From positions 64,001 to 128,000 of the forward strand of contig CAXXTH010000009.1 in the NCBI GenBank assembly GCA_963668025.2: a stretch of 64,000 nt of DNA. Direction: 5' to 3'. This document shows positions 9,782 through 20,006 of this stretch, piece by piece. The notes under the pieces are model-generated. The model was given only the letters and a program-made list of their open reading frames with translations, was not told the origin of the DNA and did no database searches. The DNA is from Candidatus Hydrogenedentota bacterium. GTDB taxonomy: Bacteria > Hydrogenedentota > Hydrogenedentia > Hydrogenedentales > SLHB01. Made by a program: the position numbers and the translations under genes. Position 1 is the stretch's first letter. Each line of letters begins with the position of its first letter.

Positions 9782-11188
9782 ATGCACATGCCCCGCATGA
9801 GACAGATCATATGGATTTTTCTGGCCTTGGCGCTGGCATGCGTGTTGATCGTGGCCGATTCCGCCGTCAAACGCGCCGCGCCTGGCCCGGGATTCTGTCC
9901 AAAGACCGCCGTCTGGATTGTTTCGGCGGAGGATCTCCCCTCGTTTTGGAAAGGTGTCGAGCAGTCGCCCGCATATAATGCGGTGCTCGAGGAAGTATCC
10001 AATCCGCTGCAAGGCATCGAATTAAAGGCGCGGATAAAGACCGGCATTCGTCCTACTCCGTTGCGGTGGCGGATTTGGCTCGGCCATCCATTTCTGGCCG
10101 CCCAAGCCCAGGAAGGCCGGGGGATATGTGTATATCCCGGCCTGCTCTTGCGCGCCGTCGATGGGCTTTGGCGCGTTATGGCCCGTAAGGAAAGCGCTGG
10201 CGGCGTCGCTGAATATGGCGAATTCTATTACGCCTGGCGCGATGGCTTCCTCATTGCATCTCCTTCCCGTGAATATGTCCAAGCTTCGCTGCGCGATTTG
10301 CCGCCCGATATCGAAAAAGACGCCCAGCATCCGGGTGGCTTGCTTGTGCAATGGCGCGGCCAGCATGAAGGATTTCTCCGTATATGGGACGAAGAAGGTT
10401 TGCCGGTGGATGGGCGGTTGAAGGCATCCATCACCCGGCGGCCCATGCCGCTTACATTGGCGGAAGCGTGGCCCGGCGCGGCTCCGTTATCCATCACCGC
10501 ATCAAAGTGGAGCGATATCGCCGCACTTGCGGCGCTTCCCCGCGAAGCCTTATCGCATACGGAGTGCTGGCCTGCCGCCGAGTCCGCTATTGCCGAGGTT
10601 ATCGCGCAATGGGGGCTGGGCGCATTGCCGACCGGCTGGGATCAACCCGTGGATCAGTGCAGCCTCGCTTTTTATGGTTTCGCCAAAGCACAATTGCCGT
10701 TTCCCGAATGGGCGCTTGCCTTGCGCCCGGCCCGAGCTATCGCCATCTCGCATCCCCTCGAACCGCTCATCGCACCGCTGCCCGGAATCCCCTTCGAATG
10801 GGAAGGCCAGCCCGGCCGCGCCGCTCCCATACTGGGTGAAGCATTTACGTTGTGCATCGGACAGTATAATCGCGACTGGTACGCCGCCAGCAGCCAGGCC
10901 GCCATGGCGCGCATAGTGGGCCATATGGGAGACAGCATCGCCACCGTGGCGGGAGCAGCCGTGCGGCTTGATTGGAAAGCATCTGGGGAAATCGCGGAAA
11001 AACTCCTCGCGCAAGCGGGAGAATATGAACTCATTCGCGGCATGAATGGCGACGATGTGCAGCAGACGATTCTGCCTTGGGCGCGCGCGGCGGCGCGCCT
11101 GGGAAGGCTCGAACTGAATGGACAGCCAGAAGGCGAATGGCTTCTCTTCAGCGGTTATCTGGCCCGGGGGGCGTCTGCTCATGACTAG
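9782..11188 (+). CDS. hypothetical membrane-anchored protein
   Basis: 468 aa ORF with an N-terminal hydrophobic helix; stop overlaps the next start. Confidence 0.75.
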   Translation: MHMPRMRQIIWIFLALALACVLIVADSAVKRAAPGPGFCPKTAVWIVSAEDLPSFWKGVEQSPAYNAVLEEVSNPLQGIELKARIKTGIRPTPLRWRIWLGHPFLAAQAQEGRGICVYPGLLLRAVDGLWRVMARKESAGGVAEYGEFYYAWRDGFLIASPSREYVQASLRDLPPDIEKDAQHPGGLLVQWRGQHEGFLRIWDEEGLPVDGRLKASITRRPMPLTLAEAWPGAAPLSITASKWSDIAALAALPREALSHTECWPAAESAIAEVIAQWGLGALPTGWDQPVDQCSLAFYGFAKAQLPFPEWALALRPARAIAISHPLEPLIAPLPGIPFEWEGQPGRAAPILGEAFTLCIGQYNRDWYAASSQAAMARIVGHMGDSIATVAGAAVRLDWKASGEIAEKLLAQAGEYELIRGMNGDDVQQTILPWARAAARLGRLELNGQPEGEWLLFSGYLARGASAHD

Positions 11189-13148
11189 GCTCGTGCATAT
11201 AGCAGCGGTCTTGCTGGTGATGGCTGCGCCGGCCGGCGCAATGGAAGGGCTCTTTGCTTCCAAGGCGGGCCTAAGCCCTTCGGATTGCGCGGGCTGGACG
11301 GGCAACGGCGGCTTAACCGTGGCGGCTACTCCCCAAGGCCGCATCACCTCGCTGCGATGGCCGAGCCCGGGATATTATGAACAATTATCGACTACGGAGA
11401 ATTCTAAAACATCCGCTTGCGGGGCCATGTGGGGCGTGCCTATTGATGGCGCAATCCGCTGGCTCAGCGAACCGGCCTGGCAAGCCGAAGCTCCTGCACC
11501 TAGTGAAAATGTGTTGCCCGTCCTCGATACGTGCGCCGTATTGGAAACGGGAATTCGTGTGCGGCAGCGCCTATTTGTCCATCCCGAGCGCGATTTGCTT
11601 GTGGTCCAATTGGATATCGAGAACGCCCCTCCTATCGGCCATGTGTATTGGTACGCCAATTTTTCGCCATGCACCCGCCTGGTTCCGGAATGGCCCGTGG
11701 CGGATTGGCTGTTGGATGGGCGGAACGATTTCGCCTGTTTCTCAACGGAAGATGGACAAGCCATCGTCCATTTCCGCCCGGCGCGGCCCGGCGTGGGCGA
11801 ATGGCAAGCCGCGCGAAGCAACGTCGAAGGGCGCGGAAAAGGATGGGGCGCGTTCCGCGATGGCGTGTATATCGCCTATGCCAGCCTGGAGCCGGTCGAA
11901 AATCTCCAATGCGGTGTTGAAAACACGGACTCCTCGGCGTATGTGCAAGCAAGGCGCGGCCTTCTCGATGGAAACCGCGCCGCCGTGGGCGCATGCGATT
12001 CCGCCCTTGCCATCACTCCCAGACAGGAAGGCGGCGTCCAGCGCGCCACCGTATTGGTGGCATGTGCTGAATCGCTCGATGACGTTATGGATACCCTTGC
12101 ATTCGGGCGGGACCAAGGGCCAAGCGCTTTATTGGACGCCACTAAAACCTATTGGAGCGATTGGCTGGCTTCGACACCTAAAGCAGCGAATCCAGAATTC
12201 ACCCGAGTGAAAGAACGCTGCCTATTGGCTATTGCGCAAGCCATGGACCGGCGGACGGGAGCCATCGTGGATGCGCCTGCCAAGGCCTCGATAAGCGCCA
12301 TTGATATGCCACGCAATGGCGCGTGGGCTACCCTCGCCCTGGAACGGGCGGGGAAGCATGAACTCGCCACGCGGCATATCCAGTTCTATGCCTCCGCTCT
12401 GCGCCGTTCCCCGGCTCCGGGCCGACCTGCGGGTACGCTGCCTGCTGGGCTTTACGCCAATGGCGTCGAAGGGCTCCCATCCGCCATTTTAGACATGGAG
12501 GGAGCCGCTTGGATGCTCTGGTTGTTCCAGTCCCACGGCGAATGCCTCGAACAGGAAAAACAAACCGAATTCTTACGCGGCATGTGGGAAGCCGTGGATT
12601 TGGCGGCGGAGTGTATCGTGGCTTGGGATGAACCCCGCACGGGGGAGCCGCCTCCCAGCTTTGATCCCCGCTTGCTGCGGGATTCCAGCCGCCCGGATAG
12701 ATTCTTCGCCTTGCGTATGGGGTTGGATAGCGCGGTGCGAATCGCTTCGCTTCTGGGCGAAGAACGGCCAGGCTGGACCCAGCGGCGTGATGAACTCGAT
12801 ATGCTTATTCAACGTGATTTCATTTCGTCTGATGAAAAATGGCCCACCTCGGCTTCCGCCATGCTCTGGCCGGCGGCGCTGTACCCTCCCGATGACCCGC
12901 GCTGGTGGGACGCCATCGTCAGCCGCATGAAGAACCTGCATGCATATGGGCCGGTGGAGCGCCTTGAACGGTTATGCGACGCCTTGTTTATGAGTCAAAA
13001 CGAATCCGAACAATATGTATCGTTGCCTCAATTTATTCTGAATGAAGTTGCCCGGTATCCGTCTCGCGCCCCTCTGAGCACGCACGAAGCCGCGCTGCTC
13101 TATCTGCTCTTGGATAAAGGCTTCAGCCCGCACCCGCCTGCTCCGTGA
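11181..13148 (+). CDS. GH15/six-hairpin glycosidase-like secreted protein
   Basis: TGNGGLT...GRITSLRWP N-terminus; YWSDWL, TGAIV.AP and PR.GAW...AL...G motifs as in GH15; signal peptide from ATG 11181. Confidence 0.65.
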   Translation: MTRLVHIAAVLLVMAAPAGAMEGLFASKAGLSPSDCAGWTGNGGLTVAATPQGRITSLRWPSPGYYEQLSTTENSKTSACGAMWGVPIDGAIRWLSEPAWQAEAPAPSENVLPVLDTCAVLETGIRVRQRLFVHPERDLLVVQLDIENAPPIGHVYWYANFSPCTRLVPEWPVADWLLDGRNDFACFSTEDGQAIVHFRPARPGVGEWQAARSNVEGRGKGWGAFRDGVYIAYASLEPVENLQCGVENTDSSAYVQARRGLLDGNRAAVGACDSALAITPRQEGGVQRATVLVACAESLDDVMDTLAFGRDQGPSALLDATKTYWSDWLASTPKAANPEFTRVKERCLLAIAQAMDRRTGAIVDAPAKASISAIDMPRNGAWATLALERAGKHELATRHIQFYASALRRSPAPGRPAGTLPAGLYANGVEGLPSAILDMEGAAWMLWLFQSHGECLEQEKQTEFLRGMWEAVDLAAECIVAWDEPRTGEPPPSFDPRLLRDSSRPDRFFALRMGLDSAVRIASLLGEERPGWTQRRDELDMLIQRDFISSDEKWPTSASAMLWPAALYPPDDPRWWDAIVSRMKNLHAYGPVERLERLCDALFMSQNESEQYVSLPQFILNEVARYPSRAPLSTHEAALLYLLLDKGFSPHPPAP

Positions 13149-14538
13149 TTGTGGCGGAAGCAGGCGCGGCATCAAATTGGCTTTCATATACATGGCGGCC
13201 ATGGGCGTCCGAAAAAACCAGCTTCAAGGCATCAAACGCGCCCCGGTTATCCAGGAGGGCGAATGCGTTTGCGCTGAAGGAAGCAGCCAGCCCAGGCCCT
13301 ACGCTGAACTCCTCCTCGCCTTGAAGCGTATTTCCCGGCAAAGTCCAAACTGGCCCGGGTTCCGGCAAAAGGCGAAAAACAGGCTCTGTTCGCCCTTTAA
13401 CATATATAGATACATAATATGTTTGAGTGGCTGCTGGCCCATCCGTGGACGTGGAGAAGGATGGCGGCGTGAGGCGCACCAGCGCTGGCATCCGCGTCCG
13501 GTTCGCGCAGGTGATCTCGATGCGCCCATCATCCCGCCCCGACAAGGCGGCGCGAAAGGCCATGCCGCCGCCGGGCAGAAGCGAAGCCGCCCAGGCGGCA
13601 AGAAAAAAAACGCCCAGTATAGTGCCGCCTACAACGAATACCTCCCGCCAGGTGGACTCAGCGCGCCCTAGAATCAAATCCCTCCGCCACGATGCGCACA
13701 TGATGATCGCCAGCCCGGCTAGGCCATAGGCCCACAGTCCCACGCCTGTTGCATGCATCCATTGTGAAAGGCCCGGGGCTGCGCCGCTTCGCAAGAGAAG
13801 CAGCGCCAGCGGAGTGGCGCCCGCCGCCGCCATGCCGCATCCGGCCAAAAGCAGCCCCCATGCGGTCGCGAGCCAGGGGAGGCGCATGAGCGCTAGGCCT
13901 AGCGCGGCCAGCGGCATCAATAATGCCGCCACCCATAGGGCGTTCAATGTATCCGGAACAGGATCCGTGATGGCCCCGGCGGCAGCCAGCGGGCGGCCAA
14001 TATGGATAAGCGAGCCGCTTTCTCCCGCCGCATGCAGCCAAGGCAGCGAGATGGCAATGAGCGCGATAGCGCAAGAGGCGATTACCGCGAACCAATACGC
14101 AGGGGGCGGATCCACGCGCGGCGTGCGCAGCTTTCGGGCGTACGCTTCCAAAGGCAGGTCGATGAATCCGCCAAGGTCCGCCGATGCTCGTGCATTGAAC
14201 GCCTCACGCATGCCTACTTGAACATAGGTGGCGCTGGCGGCCATTCGGGAAAGGGTGCGATGCCGCTCATTAATGCGCTCTGGCGCCATCCGGCTGCTCG
14301 ACGCTTTCTGATGCAATTGGGCGATCCGGGCGTTCAAGCCGCGCAGCCGGCTTTCGGCGCGCGAAGCGATCCGGGCGGCTTCCGTGCGCAAGCATTCCAC
14401 GGTCCGCGCCGCTTGCGTTGCATGCCGTCCAAGCGCGGCCTCACCTGGATGGGCGGTGCTCTCCGACAACGCTTTTTCCCGGTACGAAAAAGCGCCGCGC
14501 AAACGCTCTCGAAACAACGCTATCTCATCTTGCTCCAT
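13123..14538 (-). CDS. hypothetical membrane protein (N-terminal coiled coil, about 5 TM helices, C-terminal domain)
   Basis: 471 aa ORF; hydropathy pattern. Confidence 0.7.
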   Translation of the reverse strand: MEQDEIALFRERLRGAFSYREKALSESTAHPGEAALGRHATQAARTVECLRTEAARIASRAESRLRGLNARIAQLHQKASSSRMAPERINERHRTLSRMAASATYVQVGMREAFNARASADLGGFIDLPLEAYARKLRTPRVDPPPAYWFAVIASCAIALIAISLPWLHAAGESGSLIHIGRPLAAAGAITDPVPDTLNALWVAALLMPLAALGLALMRLPWLATAWGLLLAGCGMAAAGATPLALLLLRSGAAPGLSQWMHATGVGLWAYGLAGLAIIMCASWRRDLILGRAESTWREVFVVGGTILGVFFLAAWAASLLPGGGMAFRAALSGRDDGRIEITCANRTRMPALVRLTPPSFSTSTDGPAATQTYYVSIYVKGRTEPVFRLLPEPGPVWTLPGNTLQGEEEFSVGPGLAASFSANAFALLDNRGAFDALKLVFSDAHGRHVYESQFDAAPASATITEQAGAG

Positions 14539-14642
14539 GCCCGTAGTCTATATCGCCACAAGGCGGCGCGCAACCCGCCGGGATACGGGAGGAACGTATA
14601 TAAAAGATGGGAATCATCATCTAACCGAAAGAGCAGGCAAAG

Positions 14643-14917
14643 GCCCCAAAAGGCGCAAGAATCCACAGCAATATCCTTTACCGCACCGCGAATGGACGCG
14701 AATAAATCTTTCTAAATGTGTTGCATCCGTAGCATGGGCGTCTCGCCCATGTGATGAGTAAGATTCAAGCAAAACGCCATGTAAAGAGCCAAGATATGCA
14801 ACTATTATGTGATGTGATGTGATTGGATTTGTATTGGGAATCTTTGTAAGAAAACAACGTTTTGCCAGAAAGTAGCACAAGGAAATCCTTCTTGTGCCTT
14901 CTTGCGCCTTTTGTGGC
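14643..14917. repeat. inverted pair of GCCACAAAAGGCGCAAGAAGGCACAA-type repeats enclosing a GTAG REP hairpin (14729-14751)
   Basis: GCCCCAAAAGGCGCAAGAATCCACA ... TTGTGCCTTCTTGCGCCTTTTGTGGC; GTAG-CATGGGCG-TCT-CGCCCATG. Confidence 0.7.
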
Positions 14918-14945
14918 AGGTTATTCTCATATAGACTGTTGCTGC

Positions 14946-15650
14946 TTAATGCCGTTTTTCCATGTAGGGACGCAATTGTTCCGCCCAAAGGGCGCATCCC
15001 TTTGCATTGGGATGAACGCCATCGTCCGCGAGTTCAGGGCGCATTTCTCCGCTGGCGTCGCGGAAGGCGGCATGGGTGTCGACGAAATGGAAGCGGTATT
15101 CCTTCGCCAGTTTTCGCAGTAAATCATTTACCTGGACAATGAGCGGATTTGCCGCCGCATAGGTTCCACGGATGGGCATAATGCTTTGAATGTACACATC
15201 GCACTTCGGGCAGTGGTGTTTGATATTGCTGAATAAGTAGCGGTATTGCCGCTCGAATTCATCCATCGGCATGTCTTGCGGGAAAAGCGCCGCGTCGTTG
15301 ACCCCGATGAGCAGGAAAAGCTTGGCGGGGTCCAATTGGTAAATGGATTCTTCTTGCCGCAAGATCACGCCGATAAGGCGGTCGCCGCTGATCCCCCGGT
15401 TGGTGATATCCGCGCCGGGAAAATAATGGCCCGCGTCGAAGCCTTGCGTGATGGAGTCGCCCACCATGACGATGCCGTGTTTTGGGCGGCTGGGATTCTC
15501 CGCCGCGAATGCGGCCACGCGTTCGAGATAGAATTCGCCCATCTGGGCGCGGTCCATGGTGCTGTAGTCCTTCATCGGTTTTTCCTGTTCATGTGTGGCG
15601 CAACCGATGAATGGAAGCGCCACCAAAACTGCGCATATCAAACGCATCAT
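14946..15650 (-). CDS. SGNH/GDSL esterase lipoprotein
   Basis: GDSIT, NRGISGD, GVND and DGVHP blocks; lipobox FIGC. Confidence 0.92.
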   Translation of the reverse strand: MMRLICAVLVALPFIGCATHEQEKPMKDYSTMDRAQMGEFYLERVAAFAAENPSRPKHGIVMVGDSITQGFDAGHYFPGADITNRGISGDRLIGVILRQEESIYQLDPAKLFLLIGVNDAALFPQDMPMDEFERQYRYLFSNIKHHCPKCDVYIQSIMPIRGTYAAANPLIVQVNDLLRKLAKEYRFHFVDTHAAFRDASGEMRPELADDGVHPNAKGCALWAEQLRPYMEKRH

Positions 15651-15651
15651 C

Positions 15652-16998
15652 TCACAACACCTCCGGCAGCAGTTGGGACACGGCGGCCACGATCATCTCG
15701 CCAGCGTCCGGGACAAGCTGGCTCGAGCGCCCTACCCGGGTCTCATAGCCACCGCCTTGAAACGCTTTTCTCGTGGGAACATAGCCAAACGAGCCATTCG
15801 CCAGTTCGCAGATGAACACCCGTTTTCCAACAGCGCGGACGGCTTCTATAATCTCTTGGCCAAATTCGGAGAACAATTCGACGGGAAATCCTACGATCAC
15901 GATTTCACCGAAACGTAACACCTGTACTTCCACATCGGAATACGGGCGCGTGGCGCGCAGTTCGGCGATATGCAGAAATTCCTGGGCGCACACCTTTTCT
16001 TTCCGTGGACTAGGCCGCAGGGTGCCCTTTGAGAATATCCATTGGGAAGGTTCGCCTCCCGCCAGCACTTTCCTGGCCAGCTCGGCCTCTTCCTGTGAGA
16101 CATACTTGATCGGGATGGTCAACACTTTGGAGGCGGCCCGAATGGAGCCATCTGAGCAAGGAGCCGCCGAGGCTATCGCCTGTTGGGCGGCTTTGCCCAA
16201 TTCCGTGCCGATCAGCCGGGCGCGTTCTGGACTATGCGCAATCCTATCGACAAAGGGCGTTTTTGAGTCGGTGTTGCCGCACGGGCCATTCAGGAAAACG
16301 ACATGCAGATTGGGTGATACCGTTTCCCGCAGGTGGGTGGCAAAATAGCCCGGATAATCGGCGTCGATGCGGTCGCCCCGCACATTCGTGGGATGCAGGG
16401 CGTAATTCGCCACTATGCCAATGGACTTTCCTTCGCGGTTTTCCACCACGAGCACGCATAATTCAGGATCAGCCACGCCCTCGCGTGCGGCGACATCCGC
16501 CATGTCTTCCGCCGTGACATGGGTATGGGTCGTGCCATCTTTCATAATCAATCGGCGGTTGGTGACGATGCGGGATTCCTGGGCGGTTCCAAAGCGGAGC
16601 GCCGCCGGTTCGAGCGCATCGAGCGCGGCTCCCACGGCCTCCATCACGCCCGCATGAAACCGCTCCATATACTCGGGCGATGGTTTCGCATCAAACAACT
16701 CGGCGGTCGCAGGGCCCGTGTGGTTGTGGGTGGCGGCAATGAGCACTTGTTGAGGCGGAATGCCGTATTTGCCTTCAATACCGCGCCTTATTTGGCTGGC
16801 CGTTGCGTCTGTTATAAAAAGCACATCACAACTGGCCAGCACCAGCGTTGTTCCATCGGCATCACGAAAGGCTACGGCATGCGCCCCTAGCGGGGTGATG
16901 ATTTCTTTAACCTCGTGAGGTTCGAAATAGCCCGCCATCGGGACGCCAAATGCAGGGGTAATATCCGCTTCACCAAAACCTGCGCAAAACGTATTCAT
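15652..16998 (-). CDS. neutral/alkaline ceramidase-like hydrolase
   Basis: DITP, ATHNHTGP, NYALHP, ADYPG, GPCGN and GYVPT...GGYE motifs; start placed at MNTF after GGAG. Confidence 0.85.
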   Translation of the reverse strand: MNTFCAGFGEADITPAFGVPMAGYFEPHEVKEIITPLGAHAVAFRDADGTTLVLASCDVLFITDATASQIRRGIEGKYGIPPQQVLIAATHNHTGPATAELFDAKPSPEYMERFHAGVMEAVGAALDALEPAALRFGTAQESRIVTNRRLIMKDGTTHTHVTAEDMADVAAREGVADPELCVLVVENREGKSIGIVANYALHPTNVRGDRIDADYPGYFATHLRETVSPNLHVVFLNGPCGNTDSKTPFVDRIAHSPERARLIGTELGKAAQQAIASAAPCSDGSIRAASKVLTIPIKYVSQEEAELARKVLAGGEPSQWIFSKGTLRPSPRKEKVCAQEFLHIAELRATRPYSDVEVQVLRFGEIVIVGFPVELFSEFGQEIIEAVRAVGKRVFICELANGSFGYVPTRKAFQGGGYETRVGRSSQLVPDAGEMIVAAVSQLLPEVL

Positions 16999-17083
16999 TT
17001 TTCTCGCTCCATTCTGGAATGATCTTTGCGCCACTGAAGAATTCTCAAGCCTAGCCAGAATTCAACGATGTGGCGGCGTTTTA

Positions 17084-17152
17084 GCCTCAGAAGGCGCAAG
17101 AGGCACAGCACAAAGAACCTGCTTTTTGCGCCCTCTTGAGCTTTTTTGTGGC
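17084..17152. repeat. inverted pair of the GCCACAAAAGGCGCAAG repeat family
   Basis: GCCTCAGAAGGCGCAAGAGGCACA...TTTGCGCCCTCTTGAGCTTTTTTGTGGC. Confidence 0.6.
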
Positions 17153-17346
17153 CATTAAATGTGTTAATCTCTTTGCCCTATTCAGTGCAATTGTACCGGC
17201 CGTTTTGATGCTTGTTTTAGGTAGTGTGCTAAACACTATCGATAAAGTATAAGCCATTCTGAAGGCAGGCGCAATATCCCCTATCTGTTTTATAATGCCG
17301 GTTTGCTTCGACACGCAAGTGCGTATTAAGGGGGCAAAGAAACCAC

Positions 17347-17375
17347 TTGACCCGCCGCGCTGTATCGATTAAGAT
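17347..17375 (+). promoter_or_regulatory. putative sigma70 promoter of the GH38 operon
   Basis: TTGACC-N17-TAAGAT, 60 bp upstream of an AGGAGG-preceded ATG. Confidence 0.55.
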
Positions 17376-17434
17376 AACAGGGTCGATAGTCATAACGCAA
17401 CTCAATAGGCTGCCCAAGGCAGGAGGTACTCTTT

Positions 17435-19969
17435 ATGAGCAGGAATTGGGATATACACGTCATTCCGGCATCTCACTTGGATTATGGCTGGGCCGCCAGT
17501 CCGGGCGAGTGTTTTGCCTATATTTCAGAGGTCATCCGGACCGCCATTGATGATATGGAGTGCGGCCAGTATCCCGAGTTCAAGTTCACGGTCGAATATG
17601 TGATGTTCATGCGGCATTTCTTAGAGGTGTATCCGGAGTATTTGCCGAAAGTGAAACGCCTGTTGCGGGAAGGCCGTTTGGAAGTTTGTTCGACCATGAC
17701 CGGCCCCATCGAGCACTTCATTGATGGGGAGGTATTGATTCACCAGCTTGTTCAATCCAAGAAGTGGGTCCGCGAGCATTTGGATTACGACCCCATTACC
17801 GCCCAGCACACGGATCTTCCTGGCCATGTCACGCAAATCGCCCAAATCCTGCACAAGACGGAGATTAAGCATTTCGCCTATTCGCGCTACCATCCGCCGG
17901 TGCCGCTGCACTGGTGGCGTTCCCCGGATGGAACAAAGATCCTCGCTTGCTGCCACCAGCACGCCCCATACGACCGCGTGTATAAGGGAAGTTGGGAAGG
18001 GTACGGCTTGGGCTGGATGTTGTTCGTCGGAAATACGGACATGGAAGTAGTGTATAACGACTTGCCGGGGGTATTGGAGGTATTTGACGAGGTTTGGCCG
18101 AAGGGCGAAAACGCGATATTGATGGGCTGCGAATCCGACCTTCAGCCCGGCGATCCCACCATGATCGCGCGGCTGGCCCAATGGAATGAACGGCATCCGG
18201 AAGCGCCTATTCATCCCAGCACAATCACGCAATTTTTTAAGGCCATCAAAGGGGAGAATCTGCCCACGTACTCTGGTGAAGCGCCGTATTCTTTCTTCGC
18301 CATCACCGCCGTGGACCCCGACACTTCCTTGGAGGTGCGCAAAGGCAACTGTGCGATCGTGAGTGCCGAAAAATGGTCTTGTTTCGCCCAGCAGCTTGGC
18401 TTGGGCCGCGCCCAGCGCGAACGCCTCAACCGCGCCCGCGAGAGCTTCTATTTGCCCCACGACCACAACTTCAACGGGCGCCGCGGTGAAGTGAATGATC
18501 CCGAGCGCCATAAGGATGCGTGGAACGCCCGGCTCGAAGGCGAATCCATTCTGCAAGAAAACGCCATGAAGCTCATGGTGCATATCAATTTCAAGCAATT
18601 GAAAGAGGGTGTGTACCCCATCACCGTATTCAATAGTCTTTCCTGGAATCACACGGACATCGTGGAGACCTATGTTGAAGTCCCCATGAAAAAGATCAAG
18701 AGCCTCAACATGACCGACGCCAAAGGCAAGCCGGTGGCCTCGCAGATCACGTTCCGGGAGGAAAAGTGGGGCTTCTCGCGCATCGGGTTCGTGTTTGTCG
18801 CGCCGGAGGTTCCCGCCCACGGCTACACCACGTTCTATCTCCGCCCGTCCCAAGATCCGGAAGCCATCGAGACGAGCTTGAAATCCGGCAAGGACAGCGT
18901 GTCCAGCCGGTATTTCACCATCAAGTATAAAGACCACTTCATATCGAGCGTCCAATGGAGCGGACGCGAATTGGTGCGCAAGACGGACCGGCATTTCAAC
19001 GAAATCTATATGCTCGAAGCGCCGTTGTGCAATGTCGAGGCCGCGCCGTGGCAGAACGGTGAGACGTATACCGGCAAAGCCTGGAACTGCGCCATGTCCA
19101 AGACCGAGGTGCTCGAGGAAGGCCCGGTGCGCACCGTGCTCCGTTTTACGGGCCGTTTGCAAGGCACGAAGTTCCAGCAATATGTCACGCTGTATGACAC
19201 CCTGGAGCGGATCGATTTCCACCACACGGTGGATTACAAGCCCAAAGACACCGCCCATGTGCGCGTGAGTTATCCATTGGCGGTGCCGAAAGCGGAAGCC
19301 ACCTATGAGTCGGTGTACGCGGCGGTGGCGTTGGATAAAGAAGAGATGGAATACACTTTCCGCGGTGAGGGCGAACGTTGGGTGCAGAAGTGGGTGGATC
19401 TGTCGAATGAGGCGTTCGGCGTGATGCTCGCGACGCGCCATACGGCGGTCCGCATCGACGCCGAGACCATCGAGCCTATTCTGCTGCGCACCACCTTCGA
19501 TTGCGGCACCATTTTCCACCATGCCAATCAAGACAAGGTGTACGAGTTCGATTACAGCCTTTCGCCGCATGAAGGGAACTGGAAGAAGAGCGCGGCGCAC
19601 CGTGCCGGGTGGGAATGGAATTATCCGCTCCAGCCGTGCAACTGGACGCCTTGTTTCCCCATCAAGCCACTGCGCTTGAGCAAAAAACTTCCGGAGGCCG
19701 ATTCCTTCCTGCAAGTGAACCGCAACAATGTGGTGGTGGCGGCGGTTGCACCCAGCACTCTGCAAGAAGGGGCCTATGTGGTGCGTGTGGTCGAGTACCA
19801 CCAGCGCGCCGGCTCCGTGACGCTTACGTTCCCAAAACCTGTGAAACAGGCCGAAGAAGTGAATTTCTTGGAGAATGTGACCGGCCCAGTGGAAGTGCAA
19901 GGAAGGAAAGTGGTGTTCAATGTGAATGCCGCAGGAATCCACTCGATTCGTGTGCTGCTGGAGGACTAA
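17435..19969 (+). CDS. glycoside hydrolase family 38 (alpha-mannosidase-like)
   Basis: SHLDYGW zinc motif; D.PGH nucleophile region; WW.SPDGT, HDH and VFNSLSW motifs. Confidence 0.88.
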   Translation: MSRNWDIHVIPASHLDYGWAASPGECFAYISEVIRTAIDDMECGQYPEFKFTVEYVMFMRHFLEVYPEYLPKVKRLLREGRLEVCSTMTGPIEHFIDGEVLIHQLVQSKKWVREHLDYDPITAQHTDLPGHVTQIAQILHKTEIKHFAYSRYHPPVPLHWWRSPDGTKILACCHQHAPYDRVYKGSWEGYGLGWMLFVGNTDMEVVYNDLPGVLEVFDEVWPKGENAILMGCESDLQPGDPTMIARLAQWNERHPEAPIHPSTITQFFKAIKGENLPTYSGEAPYSFFAITAVDPDTSLEVRKGNCAIVSAEKWSCFAQQLGLGRAQRERLNRARESFYLPHDHNFNGRRGEVNDPERHKDAWNARLEGESILQENAMKLMVHINFKQLKEGVYPITVFNSLSWNHTDIVETYVEVPMKKIKSLNMTDAKGKPVASQITFREEKWGFSRIGFVFVAPEVPAHGYTTFYLRPSQDPEAIETSLKSGKDSVSSRYFTIKYKDHFISSVQWSGRELVRKTDRHFNEIYMLEAPLCNVEAAPWQNGETYTGKAWNCAMSKTEVLEEGPVRTVLRFTGRLQGTKFQQYVTLYDTLERIDFHHTVDYKPKDTAHVRVSYPLAVPKAEATYESVYAAVALDKEEMEYTFRGEGERWVQKWVDLSNEAFGVMLATRHTAVRIDAETIEPILLRTTFDCGTIFHHANQDKVYEFDYSLSPHEGNWKKSAAHRAGWEWNYPLQPCNWTPCFPIKPLRLSKKLPEADSFLQVNRNNVVVAAVAPSTLQEGAYVVRVVEYHQRAGSVTLTFPKPVKQAEEVNFLENVTGPVEVQGRKVVFNVNAAGIHSIRVLLED

Positions 19970-20006
19970 ACCCATATAACAACCTTGGAATAGGAGGTGC
20001 GCCATC

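Noticed and set aside
17621-20005. 794-aa minus-strand ORF
   Set aside because: Antisense shadow of the GH38 gene; no motifs; typical of GC-rich codon bias (likewise 22534-23886, 595-1719 and similar).
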